DNA of 64,000 nt from Marine Group III euryarchaeote CG-Bathy1 (GCA_001875425.1 MIYU01000012.1:39940-103939); one strand, 5' to 3'; positions 18,309 to 28,402 are shown, counted from the stretch's first letter. Translations and numbers: made by a program. The notes: a model not told the origin generated them from the letters alone.

Positions 18309-18761
18309 ATGTGCGCAATGAGTATCAGTGAAAAATGGGATAATAGATTTCTAAAATTAGCAATGCATATCTCAAAATGGAGCAAAGATCCATCTACTAA
18401 AGTTGGGTGTGTAATTGTTGGTGAAGATAGGGAAGTGAGAAGTACAGGATTCAACGGATTGCCTAGAGGTATTGATGATTCGAGTGAAAGACTGAACAAT
18501 AGAGAACTAAAATATCCTCTAGCCTGTCATGCTGAAGAAAACGCAATAATGCACGCAGCTAGAGTTGGTTTGTCGTTGAAAGGGTGCATTGCATACTCTA
18601 CTTGGCCACCATGTACTAGATGTGCTAGATCCCTCATACAAGCAGGGATTGTAGAAGTCATTTCTCCAACAGGGATAGAGATTCCTGAAAGATGGAAAGA
18701 AGATTTTGACCTTGCCAATAGTATGTTCAAAGAAGCTGGAATTATTGTAAGATACTCGTAA
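18309..18761 (+). CDS. dCMP deaminase / CMP-dCMP-type zinc deaminase
   Basis: HAEENAI and PCTRCA zinc-binding motifs. 150 aa. Confidence 0.85.
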   Translation: MCAMSISEKWDNRFLKLAMHISKWSKDPSTKVGCVIVGEDREVRSTGFNGLPRGIDDSSERLNNRELKYPLACHAEENAIMHAARVGLSLKGCIAYSTWPPCTRCARSLIQAGIVEVISPTGIEIPERWKEDFDLANSMFKEAGIIVRYS

Positions 18762-18775
18762 CTTAAAATAGAAAA

Positions 18776-19702
18776 TTACTTTGATTTTTCTAATGCATCG
18801 ATAACGCCATTACCGTCGCTATCCAATAGTTTTTCAATACGTTTAAGATGTTCGACACCAGTATCTGATTGAATATTTTCAGTAATAATATCCCTTACAT
18901 GAGAAGGTTTTGAAATGCCGTATAGAGTGTCGTGAGGATCGTGTCTTGCAGTTCTTGAAGTTTTTTTGAGACCACCCATGAAGCCAAGTGACATTTTATC
19001 ACTGCCAGAACCTAAACCTGATGCTAACATGGCTTCATCTGTTCCAGTGCCTAAACCTGTACCTGTTAGAGGGATAACTGTACCGAAACCGAACAAACGG
19101 CCGAATATACTTTGAGATAATTTTATGTCTTCTATATGATTATAACGTACCTGACGCTCACTTCTATTCAAGAAAAAATCACTTTGTAAAATGATTCTAA
19201 CATTTGTCAAGAAATATGTGAAACTCAGCCTATAATAATTAACGAGGAATAAACCTGCAAATCCTAATAAAATAGTTAAAGTTGGTAAAAATAATTTTGA
19301 AAAATTAAAAGTATCTTCTCTGACATCGGCAAAAAATTTACCGAATAAGACAAGACCTATGACTCCTAAAATAACTACAAGAATACAGAAGCGAAAAACA
19401 GATTGACCGCCTGTTTCTAAATAAAAATATCTACATAAAAAACCAAATATTAATAAACCAAAAGACCAGCAAATAATACCTAATAATGTAACTGCGTTTG
19501 GCCAAATTGTAGTTAAAATTTCTGCAGTAGCGGTATGGTCATCTAACCAATCTTGACTGATGACCGCGTTTAAAATCTTGAAACATGCAAATCCCCATAA
19601 AATTAGAAAACCGAAAATAGCGTAGAGATGTAAGAAAGATAAGAAATGCGGTTTCGCCTTTAATTTTAATTCTTCGCCCCTCAGGAATGATATTTCAGCC
19701 AA
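18776..19702 (-). CDS. membrane protein with bacterial PH (bPH_2/YdbS-like) domain and a C-terminal EF-hand-type loop
   Basis: About five TM segments. A bPH-like block (RYNHIEDIKLSQSIFGRLFGFGTVIP). A Gly-rich linker. The C-terminal DSDGNGVIDALE matches the 12-residue EF-hand loop pattern. TTG start. Confidence 0.55.
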   Translation of the reverse strand: MAEISFLRGEELKLKAKPHFLSFLHLYAIFGFLILWGFACFKILNAVISQDWLDDHTATAEILTTIWPNAVTLLGIICWSFGLLIFGFLCRYFYLETGGQSVFRFCILVVILGVIGLVLFGKFFADVREDTFNFSKLFLPTLTILLGFAGLFLVNYYRLSFTYFLTNVRIILQSDFFLNRSERQVRYNHIEDIKLSQSIFGRLFGFGTVIPLTGTGLGTGTDEAMLASGLGSGSDKMSLGFMGGLKKTSRTARHDPHDTLYGISKPSHVRDIITENIQSDTGVEHLKRIEKLLDSDGNGVIDALEKSK

Positions 19703-19746
19703 GTCTCTACCTTTGCGTTGATTTGGGTGCTTGATTTAATCTTTTG

Positions 19747-20667
19747 TCACGACTCTTGGACAACTGAATCTGTGTATTGAGGTTTTGATTTTGAAATTAG
19801 TGTGACAAAAATACCACCTAGGCAAATTACCCCTCCGAGTACCACCCATGTAGTTGGCAATTCATTGAAAAAATGCCAGGCTAATAAAGAAGCGCCGAAA
19901 GGTTCAGCCAATAAAGTTACAGAAACGACGTAAGCAGGTAAGTATCCTAGAGCCCAATTGTGTAAAGTATGACCTAAAAGTGTTGGTACGAATGCCATCA
20001 ATAAAAATATACCGATATCTCTTTGTGGAAGTGGGTAATAATTTGCATTTGTCAGAAGTACAGAGCACCAGAGTGTTACGGCGCTTATTGAGTAAACAAC
20101 GAATGCATAAGTGGGAAGAGATATAGATAATCTAAGAGACCTTCCTGCTAAAAAATAAATTCCAGCTAAAATGCCTGAAATCAAAGCGAAGAGGTTTCCT
20201 TGATAAGTGCCTGAATTATCCAATAATTCGCCACTGAAAAGAATAGATATTCCGATAAAACTTAAAAATATGCCAAATTGAGATTTTTGTGAAACGTTTT
20301 CTTTGAGTAATAACCATCCGAAAAAAACAACGAAAAGGGGATGAGAGGTAGCAAGTAATGTTGCTGCAGCTACAGATGTCTTTGTTACAGAAGAGATGAA
20401 AAACCCGAAATGTAAGCCCAATACTATACCAACTAAAGACATTTGCGTTAAGCTTCTATGCTGTAACGTTTTAATTTCTGAAAAGTTATCTTTCATCAAG
20501 AATGGAATAAAAATGAATGATGCGAAAGTTTGACGATATGCACCGACGACCAATGGACTGATATCCTTATCGACCCATCTGATAAAAATAGCTGAAAAAG
20601 AGATAGCGACCATGGCAATAATTAAAGAAAGGTATGGGAGAACATTCTCTTCGTCTTTTTTAGTCAT
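19747..20667 (-). CDS. DMT-superfamily (EamA-like) transporter
   Basis: 306 aa, ten predicted TM helices in two internally similar halves. Confidence 0.8.
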   Translation of the reverse strand: MTKKDEENVLPYLSLIIAMVAISFSAIFIRWVDKDISPLVVGAYRQTFASFIFIPFLMKDNFSEIKTLQHRSLTQMSLVGIVLGLHFGFFISSVTKTSVAAATLLATSHPLFVVFFGWLLLKENVSQKSQFGIFLSFIGISILFSGELLDNSGTYQGNLFALISGILAGIYFLAGRSLRLSISLPTYAFVVYSISAVTLWCSVLLTNANYYPLPQRDIGIFLLMAFVPTLLGHTLHNWALGYLPAYVVSVTLLAEPFGASLLAWHFFNELPTTWVVLGGVICLGGIFVTLISKSKPQYTDSVVQES

Positions 20668-20674
20668 AAAATTA

Positions 20675-21886
20675 TCAATCCATGAGTGCTACAGGTTTAG
20701 ATAAATGTCGTCGTGCAGAAGATGGTGGTTCGTACCAACAAGTATCCAACTCTGGTAAAACAGATTTGTAAGGTGGTTTTGAGATTTTAGTACTGCAAAT
20801 GCGACATTTGTAACCGGCATCCTTACCAACAGAATGCGTTCTTGCCTGACATTTAGTACACAATGGATTAGGTGGTTTAACATACCGATTTTCAAATCTG
20901 AGAACTCTGAATTTTTCAAGATTTAAAGTTCCTTGGCTTAAACTTCCACAAACAACAATATCATCCCCTTGGACTAATTTATCAACTTTGATTCGAAAAT
21001 CTCCAGAAGGTTCATACGCAGCACAAGTGATCGTTTTATTGTTATCAATTAAATCAAAAAATCTATGACCTCCTTGGATTGAATACGGAGTTGAATAAAC
21101 TTTACCTCTTAACTTTACGCAGATACCATCTTCAATTTCAGACAGGGATGTTTCTTGTAGATGATCATCTGAACCTTGATTTGTCAAAAAGAGTAAGCTT
21201 TTTTCTGCTTTTTCAGGACCTAGATATTTTAATCCATTCAATAAAGAATCTGAGTTTGTACCTCTGAGGCCCCATAAAACTGGACATGGAGAATGTGGAA
21301 CCATTGAGATTTTTCCATCATCATCCATGCAACTAAAAACCCCATCTAGTCTTGAAACTGTGTTAACGGTATCTTTGGATATGTTTCTAGAAGTTCCCCA
21401 TTTATTTTTTTTCCTATAGGCTAAGAGTTCGTAAGTTGTATCTGATTTTTTGAAATCCCAAGCAATAGCACAAGCAGCACCTATCAACCCCCTTCCTCCA
21501 CGTAAACCTTTGAAAGTTGTTTTTTCGATAAAGGGCATAATTTTATCTTTAGATAAAATAGATCTAACGCCTTTCCAATATAGCTCTGTTGGAAGTTTCT
21601 TTCGAGAAATGACCACACCTGGTTGAGATGAGGGGTGTGAATCTGATTTTACAATAGTCAATATTCTGTTTAACAATTCTTCATCTGTAATTGAAGAATC
21701 GCTTTTGAAAGAAAGCGCTATCGCCCCGTTACCTCTGGTTTTCCAAGGTACGTTTGGATTGAGACGAACCAATCTTGGCTCTCCGATTAGAGATAACTCA
21801 GGCAACTCTTCTATTACTTTAGAAGATAAATATGTAGTGCACCCACCTTCTAAAGAATCTGTGTCATCGATACCGATACGTATCAA
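20675..21886 (-). CDS. tiaS: tRNA(Ile2) 2-agmatinylcytidine synthetase TiaS
   Basis: The N-terminus IRIGIDDTDSLEGGCTTY is the TiaS kinase-domain signature. There is an OB-like middle region and a C-terminal zinc ribbon CTKC...CRIC. The TTG start is embedded in a TTGA overlap with the upstream ORF. Confidence 0.85.
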   Translation of the reverse strand: MIRIGIDDTDSLEGGCTTYLSSKVIEELPELSLIGEPRLVRLNPNVPWKTRGNGAIALSFKSDSSITDEELLNRILTIVKSDSHPSSQPGVVISRKKLPTELYWKGVRSILSKDKIMPFIEKTTFKGLRGGRGLIGAACAIAWDFKKSDTTYELLAYRKKNKWGTSRNISKDTVNTVSRLDGVFSCMDDDGKISMVPHSPCPVLWGLRGTNSDSLLNGLKYLGPEKAEKSLLFLTNQGSDDHLQETSLSEIEDGICVKLRGKVYSTPYSIQGGHRFFDLIDNNKTITCAAYEPSGDFRIKVDKLVQGDDIVVCGSLSQGTLNLEKFRVLRFENRYVKPPNPLCTKCQARTHSVGKDAGYKCRICSTKISKPPYKSVLPELDTCWYEPPSSARRHLSKPVALMD

Positions 21887-22116
21887 TTTTTACCTCTAGA
21901 TGCTTTTTCAATTATTCTATTTTCAACATCAACAAGGAAATTAGTAATATCCACATCTAAATCTCTAGCAATTATAAGTGCCTCCACCTCCGGTAGAATG
22001 CCGCGATGTTTTGATTGATTTTTGTTTATAATGCGTATAATTTTCTTTTTGTCCATATCGGAATTATCGATTATGGATGACAAAATTTGATTGAAAACAG
22101 TATCAGACAAGTTCAA
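21883..22116 (-). CDS. hypothetical small helical protein
   Basis: 77 aa. The segment KKKIIRIINKNQSKHRGILPEVEALIIARDLDVDI weakly resembles, from memory, the short helical leader at the N-terminus of euryarchaeal RPA proteins (..LSEEGAAxLxAxELGV..). It overlaps both neighbours. Confidence 0.35.
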   Translation of the reverse strand: MNLSDTVFNQILSSIIDNSDMDKKKIIRIINKNQSKHRGILPEVEALIIARDLDVDITNFLVDVENRIIEKASRGKN

Positions 22117-22684
22117 ACACTCCTTTTGAACCGTATGGAACTGTTATATTTTTATTTATTTTTGCAAAATAAAAATCTGAAGTATCGATGATTGAATTTG
22201 GTAATGAAGGAGGATTGCTGCCTAAAAGTGTAATTAGAAATTTATTTATTTTTAAAGTTTGTAAATGAGTTATTAAATTAATCAAAGGCATATCTGAAAA
22301 ATCCTTATGTTTAGCAAAAACTGAGTCAGTATAATCGATACCTATCATTAAATTTTCAGCAAAATCTAAAGCTATATTCAATTCATCGAAACCGTTTAAA
22401 TTTCTCAAAGGTAGAATTACCTCCCCTCTATCTGCCATGATACAATCTATAATATCCTCGCCATAAAAAGAACCGGAATCAACGAAAACCGTTCTTTTTG
22501 GATTTAACGGTAAAGTAGATGGGTCGGGACGATTTTTTTGAATACCGCGCATATCCCATATCAATAATGGATCCGATTCTTCAGGTATGTGAAAATTATC
22601 TTTGTTTTTGAATTGGAAGCGATTTTCTAAGAAATCTAAAGTAACTAATTTTCCATTATTGTAAGCTATCCAAGGCCATGACAT
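22103..22684 (-). CDS. hypothetical protein, possibly HisA/HisF-related (beta/alpha)-barrel
   Basis: 193 aa. IAYNNGKLVTL, LLIWDMRGI..NRPD and VFVDSGSFYGEDIIDCI resemble the strand-loop motifs of HisA-like barrels, but the canonical N-terminal Asp is absent. Confidence 0.3.
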   Translation of the reverse strand: MSWPWIAYNNGKLVTLDFLENRFQFKNKDNFHIPEESDPLLIWDMRGIQKNRPDPSTLPLNPKRTVFVDSGSFYGEDIIDCIMADRGEVILPLRNLNGFDELNIALDFAENLMIGIDYTDSVFAKHKDFSDMPLINLITHLQTLKINKFLITLLGSNPPSLPNSIIDTSDFYFAKINKNITVPYGSKGVFELV

Positions 22685-22724
22685 GTAAATATGATTACGA
22701 ACTCTAATTTATTGTTAACTTATA

Positions 22725-23129
22725 CTACAAATCTAGAATAAAAACGATATGAGAAGGTGGACCGGTCGTAACTTTTAGATTATGATAGCTAATGGCTTTG
22801 ACTTCAACGCCATAGCCATATTTTTCAGGAGAATACGTATCGCCAGACAAAAAAACAGTAGCTTCGGAATCGGAAAGTGTTATTCTTGCTTGACCAGAAA
22901 GAAAATTTTCTGAGTCAAATAAAACGATTAATTCATTTAAAATATCAACGAGTAAGTGGCTTGAATCGGAATACGTAATCTTGAAATTTAATTCCTTTGA
23001 AGGTTTTACTAAATTTCCACCAGTAATGATTTCGGTTAATGCTAAGCAAGCTTCAGAAAGTGCTTCTTGAAAAGTGTCTGATTTTATTTCGATACCGACA
23101 TCTGCTGTATGGTCTAATTGCGCTCTCAA
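22725..23129 (-). CDS. archease (RtcB tRNA-ligase cofactor family)
   Basis: N-terminal LDHTADVGIEIKSDTFQEALSEA archease signature. 134 aa. TTG start. Confidence 0.85.
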   Translation of the reverse strand: MRAQLDHTADVGIEIKSDTFQEALSEACLALTEIITGGNLVKPSKELNFKITYSDSSHLLVDILNELIVLFDSENFLSGQARITLSDSEATVFLSGDTYSPEKYGYGVEVKAISYHNLKVTTGPPSHIVFILDL

Positions 23130-23151
23130 ACAAATAACCTAGATATGGGTG

Positions 23152-23160
23152 AAATATAAG
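23152..23160 (-). promoter_or_regulatory. possible TATA box for the archease operon
   Basis: The minus strand reads CTTATATTT, centred about 27 nt upstream of the TTG start. This would imply a leaderless or near-leaderless mRNA. Confidence 0.3.
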
Positions 23161-23186
23161 AGGAACTATTGCAACCAAACAGAAGA

Positions 23187-23264
23187 TGGTAGCGGGGGGT
23201 GGATTTGAACCACCGATCTCCGGGTTATGAGCCCGACGGGATTTCCTAGCTACCCCACCCCGCT
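23187..23264 (-). tRNA. initiator tRNA-Met(CAT), CCA encoded
   Basis: Hand fold: AGCGGGG...CCCCGCT with an A1:U72 pair. The anticodon stem has G29-G31:C39-C41. Loop CT-CAT-AA. T arm GGTGG-TTCAAAT-CCACC. Discriminator A. These are the archaeal initiator features. Confidence 0.85.
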
Positions 23265-23324
23265 TCGTTGTAGAACTTAACAGCATTGTTAAGAAGCTTT
23301 GGTGAATAAAAGAACGATAATAAC

Positions 23325-25484
23325 TTACCTTCTCATTATAGTATAGCGGAAAACAACAGCTGCAACTACTAGACCTAGTAAAGCAAAAGGTATTGCAGTA
23401 GTCAAAGAGACTGGTGGAGAAAAAGAATCGTCTGAATTTGGATTTGGATTTGGATTTTCCATAATTTCGACCGTATAAATTAATGAATTATCATCTTCAA
23501 AGGGTCCTTCGTCTATGTTGAAACCGGTGTCAACTTTTATTTGTAAAGATTGAGTTCCTACAGTAGGAATAGCCCAAGTCAGAGTTACTTCAGATTCACT
23601 GAAACCTGAAATTCCTGTAACTAATTGAGTATCTTCGACTCTAGCTCCGAAAAACAATTGTACCTGAAAAGAACCTGATGATTTACCACCTGTATTGTGT
23701 ATTGTAATGATAAATTCTAGAGGTACACCTTGAACTGGAGGGGAAGGATCTAATCTAACATCCTGAGAATTGATTACAAGATTGACCGTTTCTTCTGGTG
23801 GAATTTCGATATTGAATGAAGAGTCTGCTGCTTCGAAGAAAACGCGTCCATTGGAATTTGAAGAAATTACTTTTAGATAAAAGGAGGCAGAATCGCCATG
23901 TTCTGCATTTTTGATATCGATAACGAGTTCTAAATTAGCCGTTTGAGCTTCATCTATAGTGAGAAGATCAGTATAGCTACCTCCAGCAATATCGTAAACA
24001 GAAATAGACCAACCACCTCCTACTGATGTTGAAAATGAATAAGTATCTGCCCCGTTTCCTGTATTTTTAACACTGAAGGGATAATGAAACAGATTGTTTT
24101 GTAAATTGTAAGGATTGATAGCTATAGAATTAGGAAATGAAGAAGGAGTGACCTGGATGCCAGTTTCTCTAACGGATAAAGAATAATCAATATCGGCCAT
24201 CTCTAGGGGATTTCCTCCTGATATAACAGATATTGTAATTGTAGTAGATTCACCGCCAGATGCACTAGAAGGTGAAGAAACTAAAATTGAAACAAGTTCT
24301 GAATCACCTTGATCTAATTCGATAGTTTTAGAACCATCAATATCAATATCCCAACCAGAAGAGGAACTGTCTGTTTCCAAATCAATGATATCGAAACCGT
24401 TACCGTTATTGATTATAGATACGTCGAAACTAATCTCAGAACCTGGATTCATGACGAATGTGCGTTCATCATCTTCACTAGTTATATCTACCGAAAAAAT
24501 ATCCACTAAAAGATAGTAATTAGCAACAAATGACCATTCTTTATTAGAGATGCTATCTTCTGCAGTGATTAGCAAAGTGTAATTTTTCTCAAGGGCGTTA
24601 TCATCTTGATAATACCAATTTGCACTTAAAATTGTGCGAGAACTACCGCTTGATCTTACATCAAAACTATTTCGGAAAGAAGGTGAACTAAAATCACTAA
24701 TTGAAATTGTACCGCTTTCAGCATCTGTATAACTAGCGCCAAATGAATTGTGTATAAAGAAAGACATCTGAAGATTATCTTCGCCGAAATCATCAACGCG
24801 TTCATTTTCCATACTATCTATTTCAAAAAACATATAAGAAATATCAACTTGCATTTTAGAATTCAAACTTGAACTGTCCCAGAGAACGTGTGCTTCTCTT
24901 GGATTTTCCTCTCCAGACCAAGTAGTGTTTGTCCAAGTAATGCTACTTTCTAATTCTATACCTAAACGAGACACACTGTCATACTCATTTGGAATGGCCT
25001 CGGGATTAACAGAAAAAGTACCAGATATGAGATATTCCCCCTCTAAACTACCGCCGGGCGGGGCGTTTTCCTCTATTTCGACCGTTGCTAATTCTGTATA
25101 TCCGTTATTTACGTAAACATAAATTATAGCCCTAAGTCGGAATTCATCAACTTTACTTGAAGAGAACCAAATATCGAATGAACCTTCCTCACCTGTAAAA
25201 ATTACTCCTTTATTATAAGCAAAATTTGATTCCCAAGAGGCCACATCATAATATTTGTATTCCCCATTAGTAGCGTTTGGATATTCTTGATCTTCTGCAT
25301 TATTACATGCTTTATTTCTAGATGCAGAAGAAGGTTGATCTGGATTTAAATTTCCTGTATTCAAAGCGAGATTACCTTCTAAAAATAAATCAACGGATTC
25401 GGATTCTGCATTATCTGTAATTAGTAAAACGGAAAAAAATGCTATGCAAAAAAGAACAGCTCCGAAATACTTCGTCTTTTTCAT
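23325..25484 (-). CDS. secreted cell-surface protein with CARDB-like and other beta-sandwich domains and a C-terminal TM anchor
   Basis: Signal peptide. Repeated beta-rich modules. A CARDB-like segment (PVQGVPLEFIITIHNTGGKSSGSFQVQLFF...). A PNPNPNPN linker, then a TM helix plus RYTIMRR. Confidence 0.6.
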   Translation of the reverse strand: MKKTKYFGAVLFCIAFFSVLLITDNAESESVDLFLEGNLALNTGNLNPDQPSSASRNKACNNAEDQEYPNATNGEYKYYDVASWESNFAYNKGVIFTGEEGSFDIWFSSSKVDEFRLRAIIYVYVNNGYTELATVEIEENAPPGGSLEGEYLISGTFSVNPEAIPNEYDSVSRLGIELESSITWTNTTWSGEENPREAHVLWDSSSLNSKMQVDISYMFFEIDSMENERVDDFGEDNLQMSFFIHNSFGASYTDAESGTISISDFSSPSFRNSFDVRSSGSSRTILSANWYYQDDNALEKNYTLLITAEDSISNKEWSFVANYYLLVDIFSVDITSEDDERTFVMNPGSEISFDVSIINNGNGFDIIDLETDSSSSGWDIDIDGSKTIELDQGDSELVSILVSSPSSASGGESTTITISVISGGNPLEMADIDYSLSVRETGIQVTPSSFPNSIAINPYNLQNNLFHYPFSVKNTGNGADTYSFSTSVGGGWSISVYDIAGGSYTDLLTIDEAQTANLELVIDIKNAEHGDSASFYLKVISSNSNGRVFFEAADSSFNIEIPPEETVNLVINSQDVRLDPSPPVQGVPLEFIITIHNTGGKSSGSFQVQLFFGARVEDTQLVTGISGFSESEVTLTWAIPTVGTQSLQIKVDTGFNIDEGPFEDDNSLIYTVEIMENPNPNPNSDDSFSPPVSLTTAIPFALLGLVVAAVVFRYTIMRR

Positions 25485-25556
25485 GACTTAACTGTTTCCT
25501 TATTATCCGTTAATAAAGTTATCCTTATACAGAAATCAACTAAGAAATAATGAATA

Positions 25557-26786
25557 TTACAAAGTAGGAGGGAAAATAGAGGCTCCCCCTTTCTTTTCCT
25601 GCAATACACCATCTTTAGCTATTATTTGACCGCGTCTAAAAACTCTTGAAGGAAATATAGCATCCCAATTCTCAAACGGCGTCCAATTAGCTTTAGAATG
25701 AAGATTTTCCAAAGATATTTTTGTTTTATTTTTTAAATCTACTGTAATTATATCGGCAGGATTGCCTGGAATTAATTTTCCTCTTTGAATGCCCAATCTT
25801 TCAGCTGGTTTTTCTGCCATTGCACTTACCAATCTATCAAGAGACAATCTACCTTCTGCCACTTCATTCAACATCAAAGGAATCATAGTTTCTACACCTG
25901 GGATTCCAGAAGGCGGTTCTGAGCTTGCCTTCTCTGACATTAAATGTGGGGCGTGATCACTTGCTAAAATATCGATTTTTCCATTTCTTAATGCGTTGTA
26001 AAGGGCAGTGTTGTCATTTCTTTCTCGTAAGGGTGGGTCGACTTTGCATTCGATACCGAGTTCGCAACTCAGATTGAGTAAAAGATGATGAGGGCAAACC
26101 TCAGAAGTAGCCTGTGATGGCAATACATTCAAACCTTCTTGAGTAGAGAGGTGTGCCACATGTAAAGAGCTTGAATTAGGCATCCCTTCCAAACATAATT
26201 TTTCTGCGTTAGATCTATTATGAGTATGATCGGATAAAGATGAAAGTGTATCGTAGGAAATGTAATCGGGGTGTTCACCGTGTATAACTACGGGGCGCGA
26301 GCTGTTTTCTATTACTTCGTTTACAGTTGATTGATATTCAGGCCAACTAAATTTGTATGGATATAGCTTCCAAAAAGCAGGAAAGGTTTTTGTGAACCAT
26401 GATTCTTTACTGATTCCAGGATAAGCATAGAAACCTAAACCAAAATCGACTACCGAATTAGATAATGCCCGATTAGTTTTATCTGTGAAATTGGAAGGGC
26501 TATTGGTTAACGGTATTGTGTTAGGCATGTCAACAACGGCAGTTACGCCCCCGCAAGCTGCGGCTGCGGAACCGGTGGCCCAAACTTCTTTTTCGGGATT
26601 ACCCGGATCTCGAAAATGAACATGCATATCTGTAGCTGCTGGTAGAATGACATCGGAAGTGGTTGTGTGTTCATCCCCCTTTAGAATTTTTTTAACTGCA
26701 CCTATGTAACCATCATCGTTGATGCCGACACAAGCATCAGTTAGACCTTGTCCTGTAATCCATACTTTGCCTTCGAGTACTTTCAT
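25557..26786 (-). CDS. pyrC: dihydroorotase (amidohydrolase superfamily)
   Basis: DMHVHFRDPG, VDMPNT, HVAHLST, SDHAPH. ATG 26786 shares one base with the TGA of the upstream M50 gene. Confidence 0.8.
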   Translation of the reverse strand: MKVLEGKVWITGQGLTDACVGINDDGYIGAVKKILKGDEHTTTSDVILPAATDMHVHFRDPGNPEKEVWATGSAAAACGGVTAVVDMPNTIPLTNSPSNFTDKTNRALSNSVVDFGLGFYAYPGISKESWFTKTFPAFWKLYPYKFSWPEYQSTVNEVIENSSRPVVIHGEHPDYISYDTLSSLSDHTHNRSNAEKLCLEGMPNSSSLHVAHLSTQEGLNVLPSQATSEVCPHHLLLNLSCELGIECKVDPPLRERNDNTALYNALRNGKIDILASDHAPHLMSEKASSEPPSGIPGVETMIPLMLNEVAEGRLSLDRLVSAMAEKPAERLGIQRGKLIPGNPADIITVDLKNKTKISLENLHSKANWTPFENWDAIFPSRVFRRGQIIAKDGVLQEKKGGASIFPPTL

Positions 26787-28336
26787 CAATCCTCTACTAT
26801 TACCACTATAGCTTTCGTGTATAAAGCCTCATTGCGTCCAGAAACTTTAATTTTAATTGTGTAAGAATCATCAATAGCATCTTCAGGAACTGTTACTACT
26901 AATGTTAGATTGGAATAATCAGAAGCAGATAAATTTAAGGAATAAATATTAGTTTCATTATCGAAATAGAAAAGTTCACTTGTAAAATTCGAATCTGAAG
27001 CCAGAAGAGTATCATTTACAGACCGGATTGTAAAGCTAGATAATGAAACGGACCAAGATTCGTTGTGAACAAAGCTGAGTGATAAATTATCTGTGACAGT
27101 ACCCGTATTGTTCAGCCAAACTATCATTTCGAAAGAAGCATTGGAAGCGGTAGTAAATTCAGAATCAGAAGATTCTATACTTATGTCGAATGGACTTTCC
27201 CCTACCATGAGTGGCGAAGGAACAAAGCATACAACCAACATCAATACGGAAAAAGCACCTACTATCTTTCTATTAAAATCTAAAGGAGTGATTTCTTCAG
27301 AAGGAGGAGAGTGGAGTACTCCCATAAAAAGAATTAAGACTCCGAAAATTAACCAACCGAAATATGGATCAACTACGCCTGGAATACCTACAAATCCTAA
27401 GAAAAACAATATCGACATTGTGAGATAAGAAAAATATTTGGATTTGTTTCCTAGAAGTGCACGTGATATATGCCCCCCATCTAATTGACCTGCTGGAAAT
27501 AAATTAATTGCTGTAACTAGGAAACCGGCCCAGCCTGCAAACGCTACTGGGTGAGTCAAATACGCGCCTGAAAGTGGCATTATTTTAACGGCAATCCATA
27601 TCAGAGCAGACCAAATTATAGGAGTTCCTAAGTAGTAAACACTTCCAGTATCTTCAGGTACTGGAGCTTTTACCATTTCAGTTAAAAAGAAACCGAGAAG
27701 AGTGATTGGTATGGCAATTAAGAATCCTGCAATTGGCCCACTAACTCCGACATCGAAAAGAGCTTTACGATTAGGTATTGGTTCGCGTATTGATATCATA
27801 GCCCCCATAGTGCCCAACAAAAATGGAGGAGGGAATGGTATGAAGAATGGTAATGAAGATTCTAGATTGTGTTTTTTAGCATAGAAATAATGGGCGAATT
27901 CGTGCACACCCAATATTGTCAATAGTGGAATTGAGAATGTTAAAAATCCCATCAACAGAAGTCTGGGTTCTAGAAAAATTGTTAATAAAAACCAACTTGA
28001 CTCTGATTCGTAGTTAGAATAGCCAGCATACATGAGGGCTCCGGCCCACATAGTAGTAAATACTGTAGCAATGAAAAGATAAATATTAGTTCTTTGACTT
28101 TTGAAAGATAAGTTTGGTCGTGGAATTAAAATTAAAAGAGCCTCTCCACCAATCTCCCTTGCAATTGGAGAAAAGCGTTCTGGAAAACTTTTGGATTTCA
28201 ATGAAATTCTTAACTCTTCAAATTTAGATGCGAAATCATCGGGCAGATCTATATGAAATATATGAGAAAGGCCATCGTGTTTGTAATCCTTGATTAGCCA
28301 TCCTTTCGACTTTAAAAAGGAATTTAGTTCTTCCAT
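26786..28336 (-). CDS. site-2 protease (M50) family metalloprotease with sequon-rich C-terminal ectodomain
   Basis: HEFAHY (HExxH) in a TM helix. [12 protein letters not shown] (the NxxPxxxLDG motif). The C-terminal 136 aa are a beta-rich domain with 9 N-x-S/T sequons. Confidence 0.8.
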   Translation of the reverse strand: MEELNSFLKSKGWLIKDYKHDGLSHIFHIDLPDDFASKFEELRISLKSKSFPERFSPIAREIGGEALLILIPRPNLSFKSQRTNIYLFIATVFTTMWAGALMYAGYSNYESESSWFLLTIFLEPRLLLMGFLTFSIPLLTILGVHEFAHYFYAKKHNLESSLPFFIPFPPPFLLGTMGAMISIREPIPNRKALFDVGVSGPIAGFLIAIPITLLGFFLTEMVKAPVPEDTGSVYYLGTPIIWSALIWIAVKIMPLSGAYLTHPVAFAGWAGFLVTAINLFPAGQLDGGHISRALLGNKSKYFSYLTMSILFFLGFVGIPGVVDPYFGWLIFGVLILFMGVLHSPPSEEITPLDFNRKIVGAFSVLMLVVCFVPSPLMVGESPFDISIESSDSEFTTASNASFEMIVWLNNTGTVTDNLSLSFVHNESWSVSLSSFTIRSVNDTLLASDSNFTSELFYFDNETNIYSLNLSASDYSNLTLVVTVPEDAIDDSYTIKIKVSGRNEALYTKAIVVIVED

Positions 28337-28402
28337 TGGAAATGTATTGCTAATTGCGAGGTATAAACTATTTGGTGCACATTTGCTTAAACTTCGGGCG
28401 AA

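Noticed and set aside
23187-23264. The idea that the CAT-anticodon tRNA next to tiaS is the TiaS substrate tRNA-Ile2
   Set aside because: The A1:U72 pair and the three G:C pairs closing the anticodon stem are initiator-tRNA hallmarks. Archaeal tRNA-Ile2 normally starts with G1:C72. I therefore call it the initiator tRNA-Met.
23053-23286. 77-aa minus-strand ORF
   Set aside because: It is read through the initiator tRNA gene and the archease 5' end. It is explained by the GC-rich, stop-poor tRNA sequence.
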